Of a DNA stretch of 64,000 bases, positions 47,476-61,000 are shown piece by piece. Within the stretch, counting starts at the first letter, position 1, and every line of letters begins with the position of its first letter. The notes below the pieces were generated by a model. The model was not told where the DNA came from and made no database searches. It saw only the letters and a program-made list of their open reading frames with translations. Position numbers and translations under genes: made by a program. This DNA comes from Anthoceros angustus (Eukaryota; Plantae; Anthocerotophyta), in assembly GCA_010909165.1 (NCBI GenBank), contig VJWM01000019.1, forward strand, positions 62,001 through 126,000, in the 5' to 3' direction.

Positions 47476-49247
47476 ATCTCTCAAGTTCAAAGCACATGTA
47501 TAACTATTCTCTTGGTAATCAAACAGAAGCTCCGGAGAGAGCTCTCTATCCAAATCGCCCATTGCAAGCAAGATAATAGAGATCATATGTTACGTAACTT
47601 GTTAGCAATTACTAACAAGTTATGTAACCCTATTAAATATTAATATTTAATAGGGTTATATTATTGAATTGGCGGAATATTCAGAATGGCAGTGAACGTC
47701 ATCGACAATCCCTTGAGTACACATATGGGTTTTTCCAGCTTCATCGAAGTAAAAGGTGGTTTTAGAGATAAAAACATACAAGGTTATCTGAAATATGGAC
47801 CTTGCCAGTTGGGCAAACAACCCACCAATTAGGTTATCAACCCACCAGTTGTTGACTGGTTGATTACACTTGCTATACTCATCTTATTAAAAAAAAAATC
47901 TCACGTGGATCCATCCTCATTGTTTCAGAACGCTCCAATTTTCAACGACTAAGATCTCAGGGCACGAGACTTGATTTCAGCATTCAATCTTTAATAATCA
48001 TAGCACTTCAAGCAAGAACATTCACGTAAGTACTTGCAAATTCTTTATCTTAAGAAAAATAGCACAAGCATAAGGACTTGGTTTGAACCGTGGAAGTGTT
48101 TTCTCTACTTCAGTTAAAGAAGTTATTTTTGCAAGATATATTTACATATTGTCCATGGAGTTATGGGTTCCTCAACCCTTGCAAGAGTCACCAAGAACTC
48201 TACATTAAATACAAAATCATGAGGGATGAGCTATTGTCTAAATTTGAGTAAGGACTTCACTACTTGATCTCGAAAGCTAGCATTAGCATAAGATTCAGGC
48301 GGTCCTTTTCACTTAGAAGGGCTAGCCATATGCTATCATCGCTAGAATCAAAGAATTGCTCTGTAACCGATCCCTCAAGCTTGGCATTAACATCGGCTTC
48401 AGCTTTTGTTGCATCAATTAAAGTTGTTGTCTCAACGGCTAAAGTTTTTGTTGCATCTTTCTCGAAGAAAGGCTCCTCACTATATTTATGAGCTTGAACA
48501 TTGGTATTTTCTTTTTCCATACATATCTTGGGGCTTTGGCACCATAAGTCACCCATCCTCCTACCACATGGCCCATGCCGCCTAGCCATGGGGGCCATTG
48601 AAAGAGAAAATAAATTCGAGTTGTGCCTGGCACACTCAACCGACCACCGTCTGCTATGGACTGAAGAGGCTAAAACTTGTTTCAACATGAGAGGGTTTTT
48701 CACCGATATCATCTTCACACACAAGCATCCTCCCATGTTTTTATGAATGCCAAGTGGCACCTCCCGTGGAAACACCTTCATTAAGGAACTGCATTCCATA
48801 GTGCACTTTTTGATTCACGCTCTACATTCAAGAAAAAAGTACAACATGAGCTCACTTCCAATTGTTTATTTAAGGACACCAGGAGGATTAGGTAAAGAAC
48901 ATTCAAACTTTGCATAATGTGCTTCTACAACCTCCATAGTAATAATTGCATCAATATTCAAACCACCTTGATAGGCATCCTACGGAAGAAAATCCCACAA
49001 ATTCAAACCAAATATGACAGCACATTCAAGATATAAATACCTTACGTGGAAAAGAAGTGGAAAAGATTTTCAGTATTTCAATATTTCACATATATTACGT
49101 TCAAATTTATCTACCTCCAACTCTTTTACTTTAATTAGATAAATGTATAGCTTGTCAAGTAAAGTAATCGTAATGGTGACACTCAATATGAAGATGATCC
49201 AACAATATAGTCGGGCTATTCTTTATATGCTAGATAAAGTCTCAACT

Positions 49248-49682
49248 GGGAAACTACTATACTTGGTTTACATGAGGCCAATCTGGAGTTTCTATTCTAA
49301 ACTACTATACTTGGTTTACATGAGGCTAATCTAGAGTTTCTATTCTAAACTACTATAATTGGTTTACAAGAGGCTATTCACCTAGAAAGTTACTATCTTT
49401 TAAGTTTGTATGATCTTAGAGTCTTTCTCATATAATTGGATTTTATGAGACTATTCCGGAGTTTCACCGAGGAAGTTACTGTCTTTTAAATTTGTATGTT
49501 CTTAGGGTCTTTCTCATATAATTGGCCTATATGATACTATTCTAAAATCTCACATAGGAAGTTATCATCTTTTAAATTTGTGTGATCTAAGGGTCTTTTT
49601 TATATAATTGGTTTATATGATACTATTCTAGAGTCTCACATAGGAAGTAACTATCCTTTAAGTTGGTATGATCTTAGGGTCT
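49248..49682. repeat. Compound AT-rich minisatellite: three short units followed by about four units of about 88 bp
   Basis: AAACTACTATACTTGGTTTACATGAGGC occurs three times, then AAGTTACTATCTTTTAAGTTTGTATGATCTTAG...ATATAATTGG units follow. Confidence 0.85.
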
Positions 49683-49894
49683 TGCGACTAAGCAACTAAC
49701 CAATTTGCAAAGAACTCGAATTGATAAATTTGATCGTATTAGAAGTTATTTTATTGTATTTTATATTTTGATAGAGTCTTCAGAAATATTTTGAGTACAT
49801 CTTTTTTACTAGTAGTTCTACATATAATGATATTGTTATTTTTTATAATTTTAAAAACTAATCAATAAAAGCATGTGTTTTTGTAGGTGTTATT

Positions 49895-51820
49895 GTGTTT
49901 TCCGGGCAACTAGCAAGTCTTATTCCATTTGTCCGCTCTTTCTACGGTTCCCTATCTAACCTCTACTTTCAGCATGGGCCATGCACGGAAGGGGTTTCTG
50001 TGCTTGACTCGGCAACGGGCACGAGACACGGGGACCCCTTGGGGGATGCCCTCTTTGCCGTGGAGCACTTCAGGACGCTGTCCACTACTGCCTCCGCAGT
50101 CGAGGAGTGTCGCTTTCCGTCCGTGGTGGATGACACTCATATCTTAGGACCAGGGGACAAGGTCAAGGAGGCATTCGAACTCTTCTCCTTGGAGCTATCC
50201 CACCTGGGTTTGAGGGTTAAGATCTTGAAGTGCAAGGTGTGCTCCCCGTCGGGCATCACTCCCTCTCTTCAATATATTGGGGGGAACATTGTTTTCGCGT
50301 AGGGACTTCGCGTCTTGGGGGTACTGGTGGGATCCCCGGACTTTATTGAAGGTTTTGTTGATGCTGCTTTGGACTAGGATTTGGCCCACATCAGCGACCT
50401 CTCTCACTTAAAGGACACTTAGGTGGCATTTGGCATCCTTTCTTCCTGCTTCACGGGTCGGCCAGGGTACCTCACTAGAACGATTGCTCCCTCCCCAGTT
50501 TTTCTATCAAGCTTGGTGAAGTTTAATAAACAGGTTATGCAGGCGCTTGGGGACATCATTGGCCTAGGCACCTTCGAGTGTCCCTACCTATCGCCTTTGA
50601 AGGCACTGGTCTGCTGGACATGGAGGCCTCGGCGCCGGCGGCCTTCCTTGGGAGCTGGGCCCTCTCTGCCCTCGTCTTGGCCTCTCGGTTCTTAATCTGG
50701 GATTCCCTTATCTTGGAGGCCTTCGTCTCTGATGTTGAGGTGGAGGCCTTCACCTCCCTTGTAGGTTTCCCTAAGGTTGGCTAGGATTTCCTTGTCCTTA
50801 GAGGCCAGGGCGGCCATGCCTCTTTTTTTCCACACTCTTTGTGGACGGGCTGTGCGGCCTTTAGGCCTCTCTTTAAGAGAAGCAATTCAGGTAGACGCAG
50901 AGGGCCCTTCTTCTGGATTCTACCGTTCCCTGGCCTGCTCAAGCTCACCTCCGCTCTTGCTCAGGAAAGGGAGCGGGCTCCTAGCTTCTAGCTTGGCCAT
51001 GCATCTAGGCTTTGCGAATTGCGCCAGCCTTTTTCTCTAGTACCACGATGAGGTTTCGTCTGGGCTTGGTCCAACCTTTGGCATGTTCTCTATCATTTTG
51101 TAGTTTTTGAGCCCCCCTCGATGCCTCTGGGTCCCACCTAGCTCGCTGTCCAGATGGAGGGCAGCGTATCGCTATGCATGATGCCGTTCGCAACGTCATG
51201 TTCTTCATGGCCAAGGAGAGCGGATTTCTTTCACATAGGGAGCGCCCATACACCCTGCACAATGGTGTGTCGCTCAGGGTGGATCTATTTCTAACCAGGG
51301 GTGATCAAATCTATGTTGCGGATGTCACCATAATATACCCTATCCGGCACACTATTTGTGAGCACGTCATCATCAACCCTCCTGGTTGGGCGGCGGAGGA
51401 CGCGCGACATCTAAAGTACCCAAGTACACACCTATGCAGAACGGCCATGCCTTTATCTTCCTCGCCATCAAGACCCACGGGGCCATGGGCAAGGATTTCG
51501 GATGGTTCATAAAGGATTGTGCTAAAGCCTACCACGGTTGACGGAACGGGGTGGGTCTCCCCCTTTCCTCCGTGATGGCTTTCTTTCGACAGCGGGTTTC
51601 CATCGCCCTGCAAAGGGCATTGGCCAACGCTGTTTACAGGACGGCAATGGGCGCGGGAGATGCGTATCAGCGGTACGGTCATAAGTATGCCTTTCCTTAT
51701 TTGCCACGACATACTTGGGGCGGGCGACCCCCCTGACCCTTGGTCTATCAATGGGTTGTTCCCTATCGGCTTGGGGTACATAGGTTTTCTCATCTCTTCT
51801 TCTCTATAAAGTCTCAATTT
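49895..51820 (+). mobile_element. Longest copy of the CRE-like non-LTR retrotransposon: RT core, CCHC knuckle and RLE, decayed
   Basis: LIPFVRSFYG, SATGTRHGDPLGDALFA (QGDPL box), SVVDD (YxDD box), GSHLARC...IAMHDAVRNVM, RVDL...VADVTI, FRQRVSIALQRA. Internal stops and frameshifts. Confidence 0.85.
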
Positions 51821-52551
51821 CTCCCTTTTTTGTGGATATATACAAATCCATTATAATAGTACGAAAGGAATATAAACAGGACTATGTATCTTATGCTTTT
51901 TAGAAAAATAAAATATTTTGAGGAAAGCTATTTATCCAAACTATGAATCTTAAGTTTTTCAGAAAAATAAAATACTTTGAGGAAAGTTATTTATCCAAAT
52001 ATTCTTTGATTTGAAAACAATAAGGCACATAGTCCAAGAGAAAGCCTTTCCGTCGCTCTTAAATATTCATGAACCATCGGATCATGTAGTAATGACTTCC
52101 ATGTCTTGATGAATTTGGACGTTTTTTCCAAAGATTCTTTGGCCTTTGGACTGGACAAATTGGTGAAATATTTTGGTTATTTTTTATGATATAGAAGGCA
52201 TGATGTAGACAAAGGGTAACCTTAACATGACCTAGTGTAATAAAAAAGTTGTGCACAATGCTAAAAAACATGAGTCAAAAGGCTCAACGTGAGTGAGTAG
52301 GGCATTCTAGGGTTAAAGTTGTTTTAGTGCTGTGGACTACAATATTATATGGAGACCATAAAGGAGGAAGGTGGAAAAACATATGTACATACTAATAGGT
52401 TGTTGATAAAGTATTACTTGTTGTTGTTGTTGTTGTTAGGTTTGTAGTTGTTCTACATACAAATGTCGATTAGAGATTACTTATCCTTGTATTCTTGATT
52501 GTTTTGTATATATGTCACATATGACCAAGTCTTTGAAGAGCAATTGATACG

Positions 52552-52770
52552 TTAAGGTTATTCATTATTAATATATTAAACTATATATATCGTTGGAGTT
52601 ATCGATAAAATATAATATGCTATTATGGTTGTTCAAGATACCTGAAGTGTACTTGTTGTTGGTTAAGGTTATTATTAATATATTAAACTATATATATCAT
52701 TGGAGTTATGGATAAAATATAATATGCTATTATGGTTGTTCAAGATACATGAAGTATACTTATTGTTGAT
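52552..52770. repeat. Two-copy tandem repeat of about 110 bp
   Basis: GTTAAGGTTATT...ATATTAAACTATATATATC...GCTATTATGGTTGTTCAAGATAC.TGAAGT occurs twice. Confidence 0.85.
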
Positions 52771-55151
52771 GCGGCTATTCTGTAGATTTTTTAGTGAATT
52801 TGTAATGTGCATTTCATCACAAATAGCCCCGTATGGCTCGTGCATTTTATTCAGAAGTAGTCCCGCAGGACTCTTACAATAGGCACGTAGTGAATTTGTG
52901 AATTAGCTCCAGTTAGTGGAAGTTATTGCAATGGCCCGAGTTTGTAGTAATTGCATCTCTCTTCATAGATTGCATGGTCGCCTGAGCTTGCTCTTATGTC
53001 CAAACTTCATAATGTAAGGGCAATTAGACGTTGTCTTCTGACCAATTTTCTTGTATGTGTGTTTCCATATGGTATTTTCCGTTGAAAGTGAACTAGTAAG
53101 CTCATGATCAAAGGCTCCCATTCTGGCAAATGCTCTCCCACATACTCAAATGCCAATTGCTCGCTAGGAGTGAGTTATCGGGGATGTTGCTCAGATTTTA
53201 AGAAACCCCACCGAGTTATAAGAGGTTATGTTCTGGAATAGTATGTTAAACAACTCTTATGTGATGTCTACACTGGCTTTTGAATAGGCTGTGGTCTCTC
53301 CCGTAAGGTTACTACCTCTAGGAATCGTACTCTGGATTAGTATGTTCACACAACTCTTATGTGATGTCTAGAATGGTGTTTGAAACGGGTTATCATCTCT
53401 AGTAAGGTCAGTAACTTTAGGAATCGTCTCAACTCACACTGAAATATAAAATAAATACATAGATAAATGAAAGAAGAATCAACGAAAGAAGAATCCATTG
53501 AAAATAACATGTTTTCTTCTTTTGTTCATCTGGATCTGTTGTTTCTATTTTTTTAATTTCATGAGCGACGAGACTTCCATGGTGTACCCAAAAAGAAAGC
53601 CGCTGCATTTTCTTTTTTCTGCATATATTACATATAATGAGGTACCACATACATACGTGTCACATTAGTGTAGCACCCCAAATTCACCCATGTATGAAAA
53701 ATCAAGATTCCTCACATAGATCCCACCATTCCCCAAAGTGATCATTGTTCTTGCACAAGTTTTACTCGATCTCATTGATGATTCTAAACTCTGTCTGCAC
53801 GGCGATATGGCTTAGGCGATCCTAGTGTACCAGGATCACTCAAGCCAGATCATCGTTGTGCGAGATCATCAGTGCGTTGTGCTACATATAGCCCGGTAGG
53901 ACCATGAAATAGAAGATTGGTGGATAAGATATGGTATCCGTGACATCCAGACATGAGTTAATAGAACTCCATAGTTAAGCGTTCGAAGACGCTTCACTAT
54001 AGACTTCCAATGAGCTCACATCTAGATGTCGCTTCTTCAAGAAAAGGACGTTGTTGTGATATCACCTCTCCATTCGCTTTTGGTCAGTTATTAGGGGATT
54101 TATATATGTACAATTTTCGTGTAATTTTAATCTATGCAAGACCAATCATGAGCCCGTGATGTGCCTAGCCTTTTCTTGTGCAAGAACAAGGTTGGTCCAT
54201 CTCCTTCGCCATATCCAATACCCCGCACATCTATAACCACATAACTACAAATGCAGTGGTCCAATTTCCAAAATATGTATGTATTGGAAGTGGTGTAGAC
54301 GACCAAGGTGAAAGATGTTTGATCTAAAATAACCTTTGAATTCCTCAAAGTACTCGTATGTTTATCTAGTCCACACATAATTGTAGACAAAACTTGTCAT
54401 GTCCCTAGTTTTGCCCATAAGATGATTTGGGGGACTTTATCTATTTATAAGATGAGTTTGGTCACTTATTTGGTTATTTCTAGATGCAAAATTCTAAACT
54501 CTAGGCTTATCTTTATCATGGTTTGAGCAACTTGTTAAGAATTTTCTCATGAAATTGAAAAACAAAATTCAAATACCACATATGGTTGCGTTCTAATTAA
54601 TCAACTAAAATCACCAAAGAGGTGGTCTAAAGAAGAATTAGGGGAGATAACATCCTATTGATAGGGAGAATTTGGCTGAGCCATAACATCTGCAAGATGA
54701 GATAAAATATTCGCTGCTAAACCTTCTCTTAAAGCAATATCTATAGCGGAAGCGAGTGGCTCAGCTCTAAATTGATCTAGAGTATTAGGAGACCCAACAT
54801 CTTGTAATAAACCATCTTCTAACATGGAAGTAATATTTGGAGAACTATCATTTTGTACCTTGAAACTATTGTCTTCTTCAACAAGAAGCTACGTAGACCT
54901 ATGTTGACTTCAAGTTCTTCCAACCTCTTGGGAGAAGAACGAATGTGCCAGATCACCGATGTGCCAGATCACCAGTACGTTGTGCTGCAGAGCCTCTTCT
55001 GGCTGCTCATCTTACGGCACTGCGCGGTCGTGCCACTTTCTCCCGGAACTTTGGCCAACCCTCGCATTCCGAGGAATTCGCCCTCCTGTGGTCTGAAGTG
55101 GAAATCGTGGTTTTGGATTTCTGATGGTGTTTCTCAACTTAGTTTTTCAGA

Positions 55152-56380
55152 TTTTCAAGGCGGCAAATGTGCCTATTGAGTATTGAGTGGGACGAGCACC
55201 ATGCGGGTACTACGGTGGACAAGAGAGCGGGCAGCGTTCTCACATATGAGGGTATGGAGTCCGTAAGAAAGCATGGAATTTGTCTGAGAGGACCCATAGT
55301 GACACCAATTGGCAAGGGATTCAAATCCCTTAATCTTACTCTGCGCAGAGAGCCAGGACGGATGCTTTCACAGCATTCCAGGCTACAAGACCCTGTATGA
55401 TCATGTTGACCTTGTAACGATCCGAGAGAACTGTGAAGGAGAATTCAGTGGTCTCGAGCCTCAGGTCAGGAACCCCCGACTTTTACCTCCCAGGCAGTAA
55501 TTCCTTTGTGCAATGGTGAATAAAGGTCTTACAGTACGTGAGAGGCATTCCTGCGGCCGCAACATGTGCACCCTCAACTTCTGTAGCTTCCTTTCACGTC
55601 TTTCCATTTTCAGGTAGTCAAGGGGCGTTGTGGAGAGCTTGAAGATCATCACAAGGCATGCTAGCTTGCGTGTTGTGGAATAAGCTTTCCATTATGCTAA
55701 GGACCACAACAGGAAGCGAGTTTCAGCCATCCACAAGGCCAACATCATGAATTAAGACCGATGGGCTTTTTCTGCAGGTCTGTCTTCCAAACCTTGACAA
55801 TTGCAGGGGTACATTCTCTGCGTGATTGTTGCTTGGATGAAATGGCTGGTGGAGGTCAATACTTTTTACCATCGACAATTGCTGCATGATGGTTTTATTT
55901 CACCAACTTCGTGTCCGTTTGTGAAAAGGCAGTTTCCACACCTGGCTTGCTGTTCCAGATTCTGTTCCTTGGGTTGCTTTTGAATTTTGTTCTGACAGGC
56001 TTTTATCTTCTGTCTTGATTGTGCAGCTTGTCAAAAATCCTTCACTATTGGACGTTCTGGTTATGCCTAACCTGTATGGCGACATAATCAAATGACTTGT
56101 GTGCTGGTATTACCGGTGGCCTTGGATTGAAGCCAAGGCAAGTACTGCTGACAGGTGTACAGCTCCTGATATAGCCCGACTGGTCGTCATGTCTCCAAGA
56201 ATCAGACGATGCAAGAAGTGCTGAAACAATGTTGACTTTCTGCTAGTGTTGTCTGACATATGATGGCTGTCTTGCAGAACACGGCTAATCCAACAGCCCT
56301 CCTTTTCAGTACAGTCATGATGCTTGGACACTTAAACATGAGTCAACAGGCAGACAGTCTCCAGAATGTCCTGTAGATCA
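55152..56380 (+). pseudogene. Unprocessed pseudogene of mitochondrial NAD-dependent isocitrate dehydrogenase (catalytic-type subunit)
   Basis: [64 protein letters not shown] (in-frame TAA at 55681), RKRVSAIHKANIM, DVLVMPNLYGDII. Introns retained; frameshifts and deletions present. Confidence 0.88.
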
Positions 56381-58047
56381 TGACAAGCCTTTCTTCCTGT
56401 GTACACTGCTTCAGGTCTTGGCACGACAGGATTTTGTAAAAGTGCCGATCGACGAGGCATCAGACTGCTCTCTATTGCAGTTCCATCAATTGAAGGATAT
56501 GCAACAGTTTTTGAGTCAGCTATGTTCTCTACGGGGAGTCATTAATTGAAACAAGAGGCATCTAAAATGTGTAGCTGCAGCTCCGCCTCTTGTTCAGGCT
56601 TGTGGTCTGGTATTGACGGAGATGCTAAAGGCGGCCTAATATTGCAGAATGCAATACTGAATTGATCACTGTTCCTCTCCAGGCCGTTCATGGGCCTGGC
56701 GCGGATTTAGAGTGAGTGTTCAGCGCCCTTGATAGACACTGTAAGTCGCTGAAGGTGTCTGGAAGCGTGCTTACATTTCATACGATTAATGCAGTCAGAG
56801 ATAGTTAAATTGTTCAGCGCTGGGGAAGTGAAGTCTCTGTTCTCGACATGGAATGAAGACGCTAGAAGTGTCTGCATCGTCCGAGAAGCGGTTGTCGATT
56901 GCCACAGAAGGCCCTTGGGTGTGGTCTATTCCTGTTCTGAATGTTGTCTTGTCATTTGAACTACGGCTGAGAACCAGCATGACACGACGCATCGTTGTCA
57001 ATATTCTGGTCGCCTCGGTGGAAGCAGGAGCAGCGGAATAGGCGTGCCTGGAGATAGCGACTTGCAAGCTCACGACATCCGGCCAGTTCTCAGTCTGTTT
57101 GGTGAAAGCAGCCTGGTTCTCGGTCTGTTTGATGGAATCAGCCAGGCTGCTTTCGTGAAGAGCCAACTGCTCTGTATTGATGTGAGAGCTCATGAGTATG
57201 AACACCCAGAAATGAACAAAGGGCACCTTGTGCTTTCTAAGGAAGATGGCATGGACAAGTTGGCCTTCTGCTTTGGATGAACGAAGGATTGGAGCAAAGC
57301 GCTCGATACTTCCGAAGCGGTTCTGCAAAATGAAGTGTTGAAAGCGGTATTCATGCATGCAACAGGCCTTAATCCTCCCATGCATGTATCTCTACGAGTG
57401 TAACGGCTTCGTTGCTTAAGACCAAGAGCGTCTGCGACCTGAGCAAGGGAGGTGAACTTGGTCTCTTCTAACTCCAGCTGACGCATGCACCGCCAAGTTT
57501 TGCCGGCAGCGATTTGTCCTGTCGCTGACGAAGTATGGAGTTTACTGTGTGAGCCAGGTTGGAGACATGGAGTGACCAGCTACCATGATTGATGGGTGCA
57601 TCAGGTTTGCCGGATATCATTCCGGCTTTTGCAGGCGAGGGTATGTGGGACCTGCACCTGCATCTGGCACAGATGCACATATTTGAAACTCTGCAACCTT
57701 TCGGATTCCAAACACACACGGTCTGCCCCCAGTTTTGCCGATCGGTATCATGAAGAAGATCTCAAGTGCTGCTTTCAGTACATTTCTGTCTCTTGACGTG
57801 TCCCTAGCAGGGCGAGAGCGTTCATGTCGGTCATGCTAGCCGGGTTGTACCCGAAGTGGGTAGTTGAGGCTCGTTCTCGATCATTTTGATGCACATATAC
57901 TAGAAGAACAACTCAGTCCTTGTTGGTTGCGGTTGAAGCGAGTTCCTTGTCAGCAGAAGTTCGCCCAATCTCAAGCAAGCCTCAAACTGATTATGTGGTT
58001 CCAAACAAGTCAGTGAGTCCCGTTCTGCTTGTTTGTAGATCATCATC

Positions 58048-61000
58048 ATGGTTACATCTTCTTACAGTGTAAAGCTCAGCCGCATTCTTCCTGGACAACC
58101 TCATCGCAGATGCGTGCTTCTTGCCATCTTCCTGCTCCTAACCAGTCACAGCCAATCAGCCCAGCCTCCCATTTCCACAATTTCATCTTCGTACGCTACT
58201 AGTTCAAAGCTGACTGGGAACGCCACAGGGGTAGCTTGCGCAATAGCTGCTGACGGACTCCGATCTGTGCAATGCTGGGGGCAGGATTCGAGTCTGGTCA
58301 CAGTACCAGGTGTTCAATACGGCCCCTCCTTTGGGCTTGTAGCGGGTGCTTCCTTTTTCTGTGGCCTGTGGAGCAATTCAAGCGAAGGTACGACTAGCCT
58401 CACAAGAGCTGCTTGCTGGAGTGCCGAAAATCTCTCTCTGGAGCTTCCCTTGCCGACAGAATACAGGACCGTCGCGTTCTCTACCCTGGCCGCTGGGGCT
58501 TCGCACGTTTGCGGAATCGTCTCCAACTCCAGCGGTGAGATGTTGCTTTCCACGCACCTTGAAGCTTCAATCCGTTAGCAAGCTTGACTCCAGACTTGGC
58601 CTCCGTACTCGTTTTTCATCTTGGTCCTTGTTGATGGTGGTGCAGAGCCTTGGCATACCGGCGATGTCCTGTGTTGGGTTCCGGAGCCAAATGACACAAC
58701 ACCTGCGAAACCGGCTCAGCCTTCACCCATCTATCCTTTGGGTTCGTATGCAACCATTGCGGCTGGGAACAACTTCACCTGCGGAATCCCCGCCCTGAAC
58801 CAAACCTCGCTGGTTTGCTGGGGAGATATCCCGCCGGGGATCTCACGTTCAGCAGGCTTTGAACCCGTGGATCTAGCAAGCGGCGGCACCATCCTCACAT
58901 CCGATTTCCGAGAGACGCTCCATGATTACACCTTCTCTGCCATATCCGCCGGAGATTCCCATGTCTGTGTGCTTATTGCTTATTCCTACCAAGTGGGCGA
59001 TAGTCTCAAGCCCACGCGCCAGCCGATTTGCAGGGGAGCAGTCACCACCGGCCGGTTTCCCCTGCCCAACCCACCTGATGCTGGATTCAGTCTGCTTGTT
59101 TCAGGTGTGTTGGACGACAACCCAACTTCGAATTCGGTTTCAGCTTGCTCAAGGCAGCCACTGACTGACAGGAGCTCCCTCTCTGTTGTTCCATCTTTGC
59201 TTGAAATCACACAGGGACGGATTTCAGCTGCGGGATCAGATACAATGACAGCCGGCTACAGTGCTGGTCGGATCGGAAAGACGAGGGACCGGGGTTCCAG
59301 TTCCCCATCCCCTCAGCTCATGAAATCCGAGCTGCATCCGCTGGCGGCACCTTCGTGTGCGTAGTAGCCGACACGGTTGGCGACAACTCCGTTCTCAGGG
59401 CTTACTGCTTGGGAGAAGGGGCGCCCAAATGTCGGATATGTGGGTCCGACAGATACCTCCAGAATGGCTCTTGCGTGAGCAATAATACGGGGCTCTGCAT
59501 AAGCTGCGACACTTGTGGGGACGATGCGTGCAGCAGGATGTGCCCTCAGCATGAAGGCAACAGTGATACGTCCCAGAAGAGCGGGGACTATGCGTCCCCT
59601 GATCCGGAACCCGGCAAGGATACGAACAGGCCCTGGGTTCGCACCACCTTGGCTTGTCTGCTGGGCGTCACCTTCGTACTTGCGCTGCTGCAGCTTGTTT
59701 ACATCCTGTCACGACTGGAAATCAAAGGCCACAAATTGGTCCCAGGAATCCCAGCCTTCCGCTCTGTTCAGCACTTCCACGAGCAGGAACACTTGAAGGT
59801 GTGTTGGACTTAGTTTTTGAGGTTCCTATTTGAGACTAAGCTTTGTGAACACAGAAGTGGTACAGACGCAATGCCATGCGATATGCAATGCAGGTCACAG
59901 AGTTCACATACAGGCAGTTAGAGATGGCCACAGAAGGGTTCAGTGATAAAAATCTGGTTGGCAAGGGCAGCTACGGCCATGTGTTCAAGGGCACGGTGCA
60001 TTGCCCTGTCACAAGGCTGGTTGCGGTGAAGAGACTGGAGCACAAACCCGCCAGCTCTATGCATAATCGATTTGTGGATTTCGACAGCGAGCTGAAGCTC
60101 CTTGCGCGTCTGCACCATCCCAACCTGGTCAATCTTGTGGGGTTCTGTCATGAGAGAGGGCCGGAAGCCAAGTTCAGGGTGTCACCTCACGGCATTCGTT
60201 GTGCCATCAAGTATGCCATTCACAGGTGAGGCTCAGAGGAAGACAGTCTGCAACTTAGCCTGTTTTTGCAAGTTCACATTTGCTTCAGCATGCATGCATC
60301 TCACTGAAGTTTGGAAGCATGCCTCGTGCCCTTGAGCAGCTACAAGTACGCACAACACCATGCTGCAGCCCTCTCCGGCTCGGAAGCAGGCCTGGAGAAA
60401 CAGGAGCAGGGAATCATTCAGGACCGGCGGCTGCTTGTCTTCGACTACATGGAGAATGGCACTCTATACGACCATCTGCACGGCAAGGGTGACACTCTGG
60501 AGAGCAGCACAGTGCAGCATCTGAGCCAGCTGGTGTCCGCCTGGGCTGTGCGGTTGCGGGTGGCAGGTGTGTGTTCAAACCCTAAAACTCCATCTCTCAG
60601 TGTTTGCCCTCGGCACTGGCAAGGCAAACTAACTTGGATGCTGTGATGCCTTCATCGCGCAGCACAAGCGGCCAAGGGATTGGAGTACTTACACTGCATG
60701 GTCCCGCCGGTGATACATCGGGATGTGAAATCCTCCAACATCCTTCTGGACATGGAGTGGAACGCCAAACTGTCCGACTTCGGCATCTCCCGGCTGGGGC
60801 CGCAAGGCCAGCAGACGCATGTCTTCACCGATCCTAAGGGCACGCCGGGCTATTGGGATCCAGAGTACTTCCGCACCTACCACCTGTCCCTCAAGAGCGA
60901 TGTGTACGGGTTCGGAGTAGTCTTGCTGGAGTTGCTCACAGGCCAGAAGGCCATTGACAGGCAGCAGCACCCGGATGGAGACGCCAACCTTGTGAGCAGA

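Noticed and set aside
47900-49050. ORF 48260-48799 (-) as a gene
   Set aside because: AT-rich repeat context and no recognisable domain; probably a TE relic.
56795-57720. Overlapping minus-strand ORFs between the IDH pseudogene and the CR4-like gene
   Set aside because: No family match or coherent exon model; cannot be supported as a gene.
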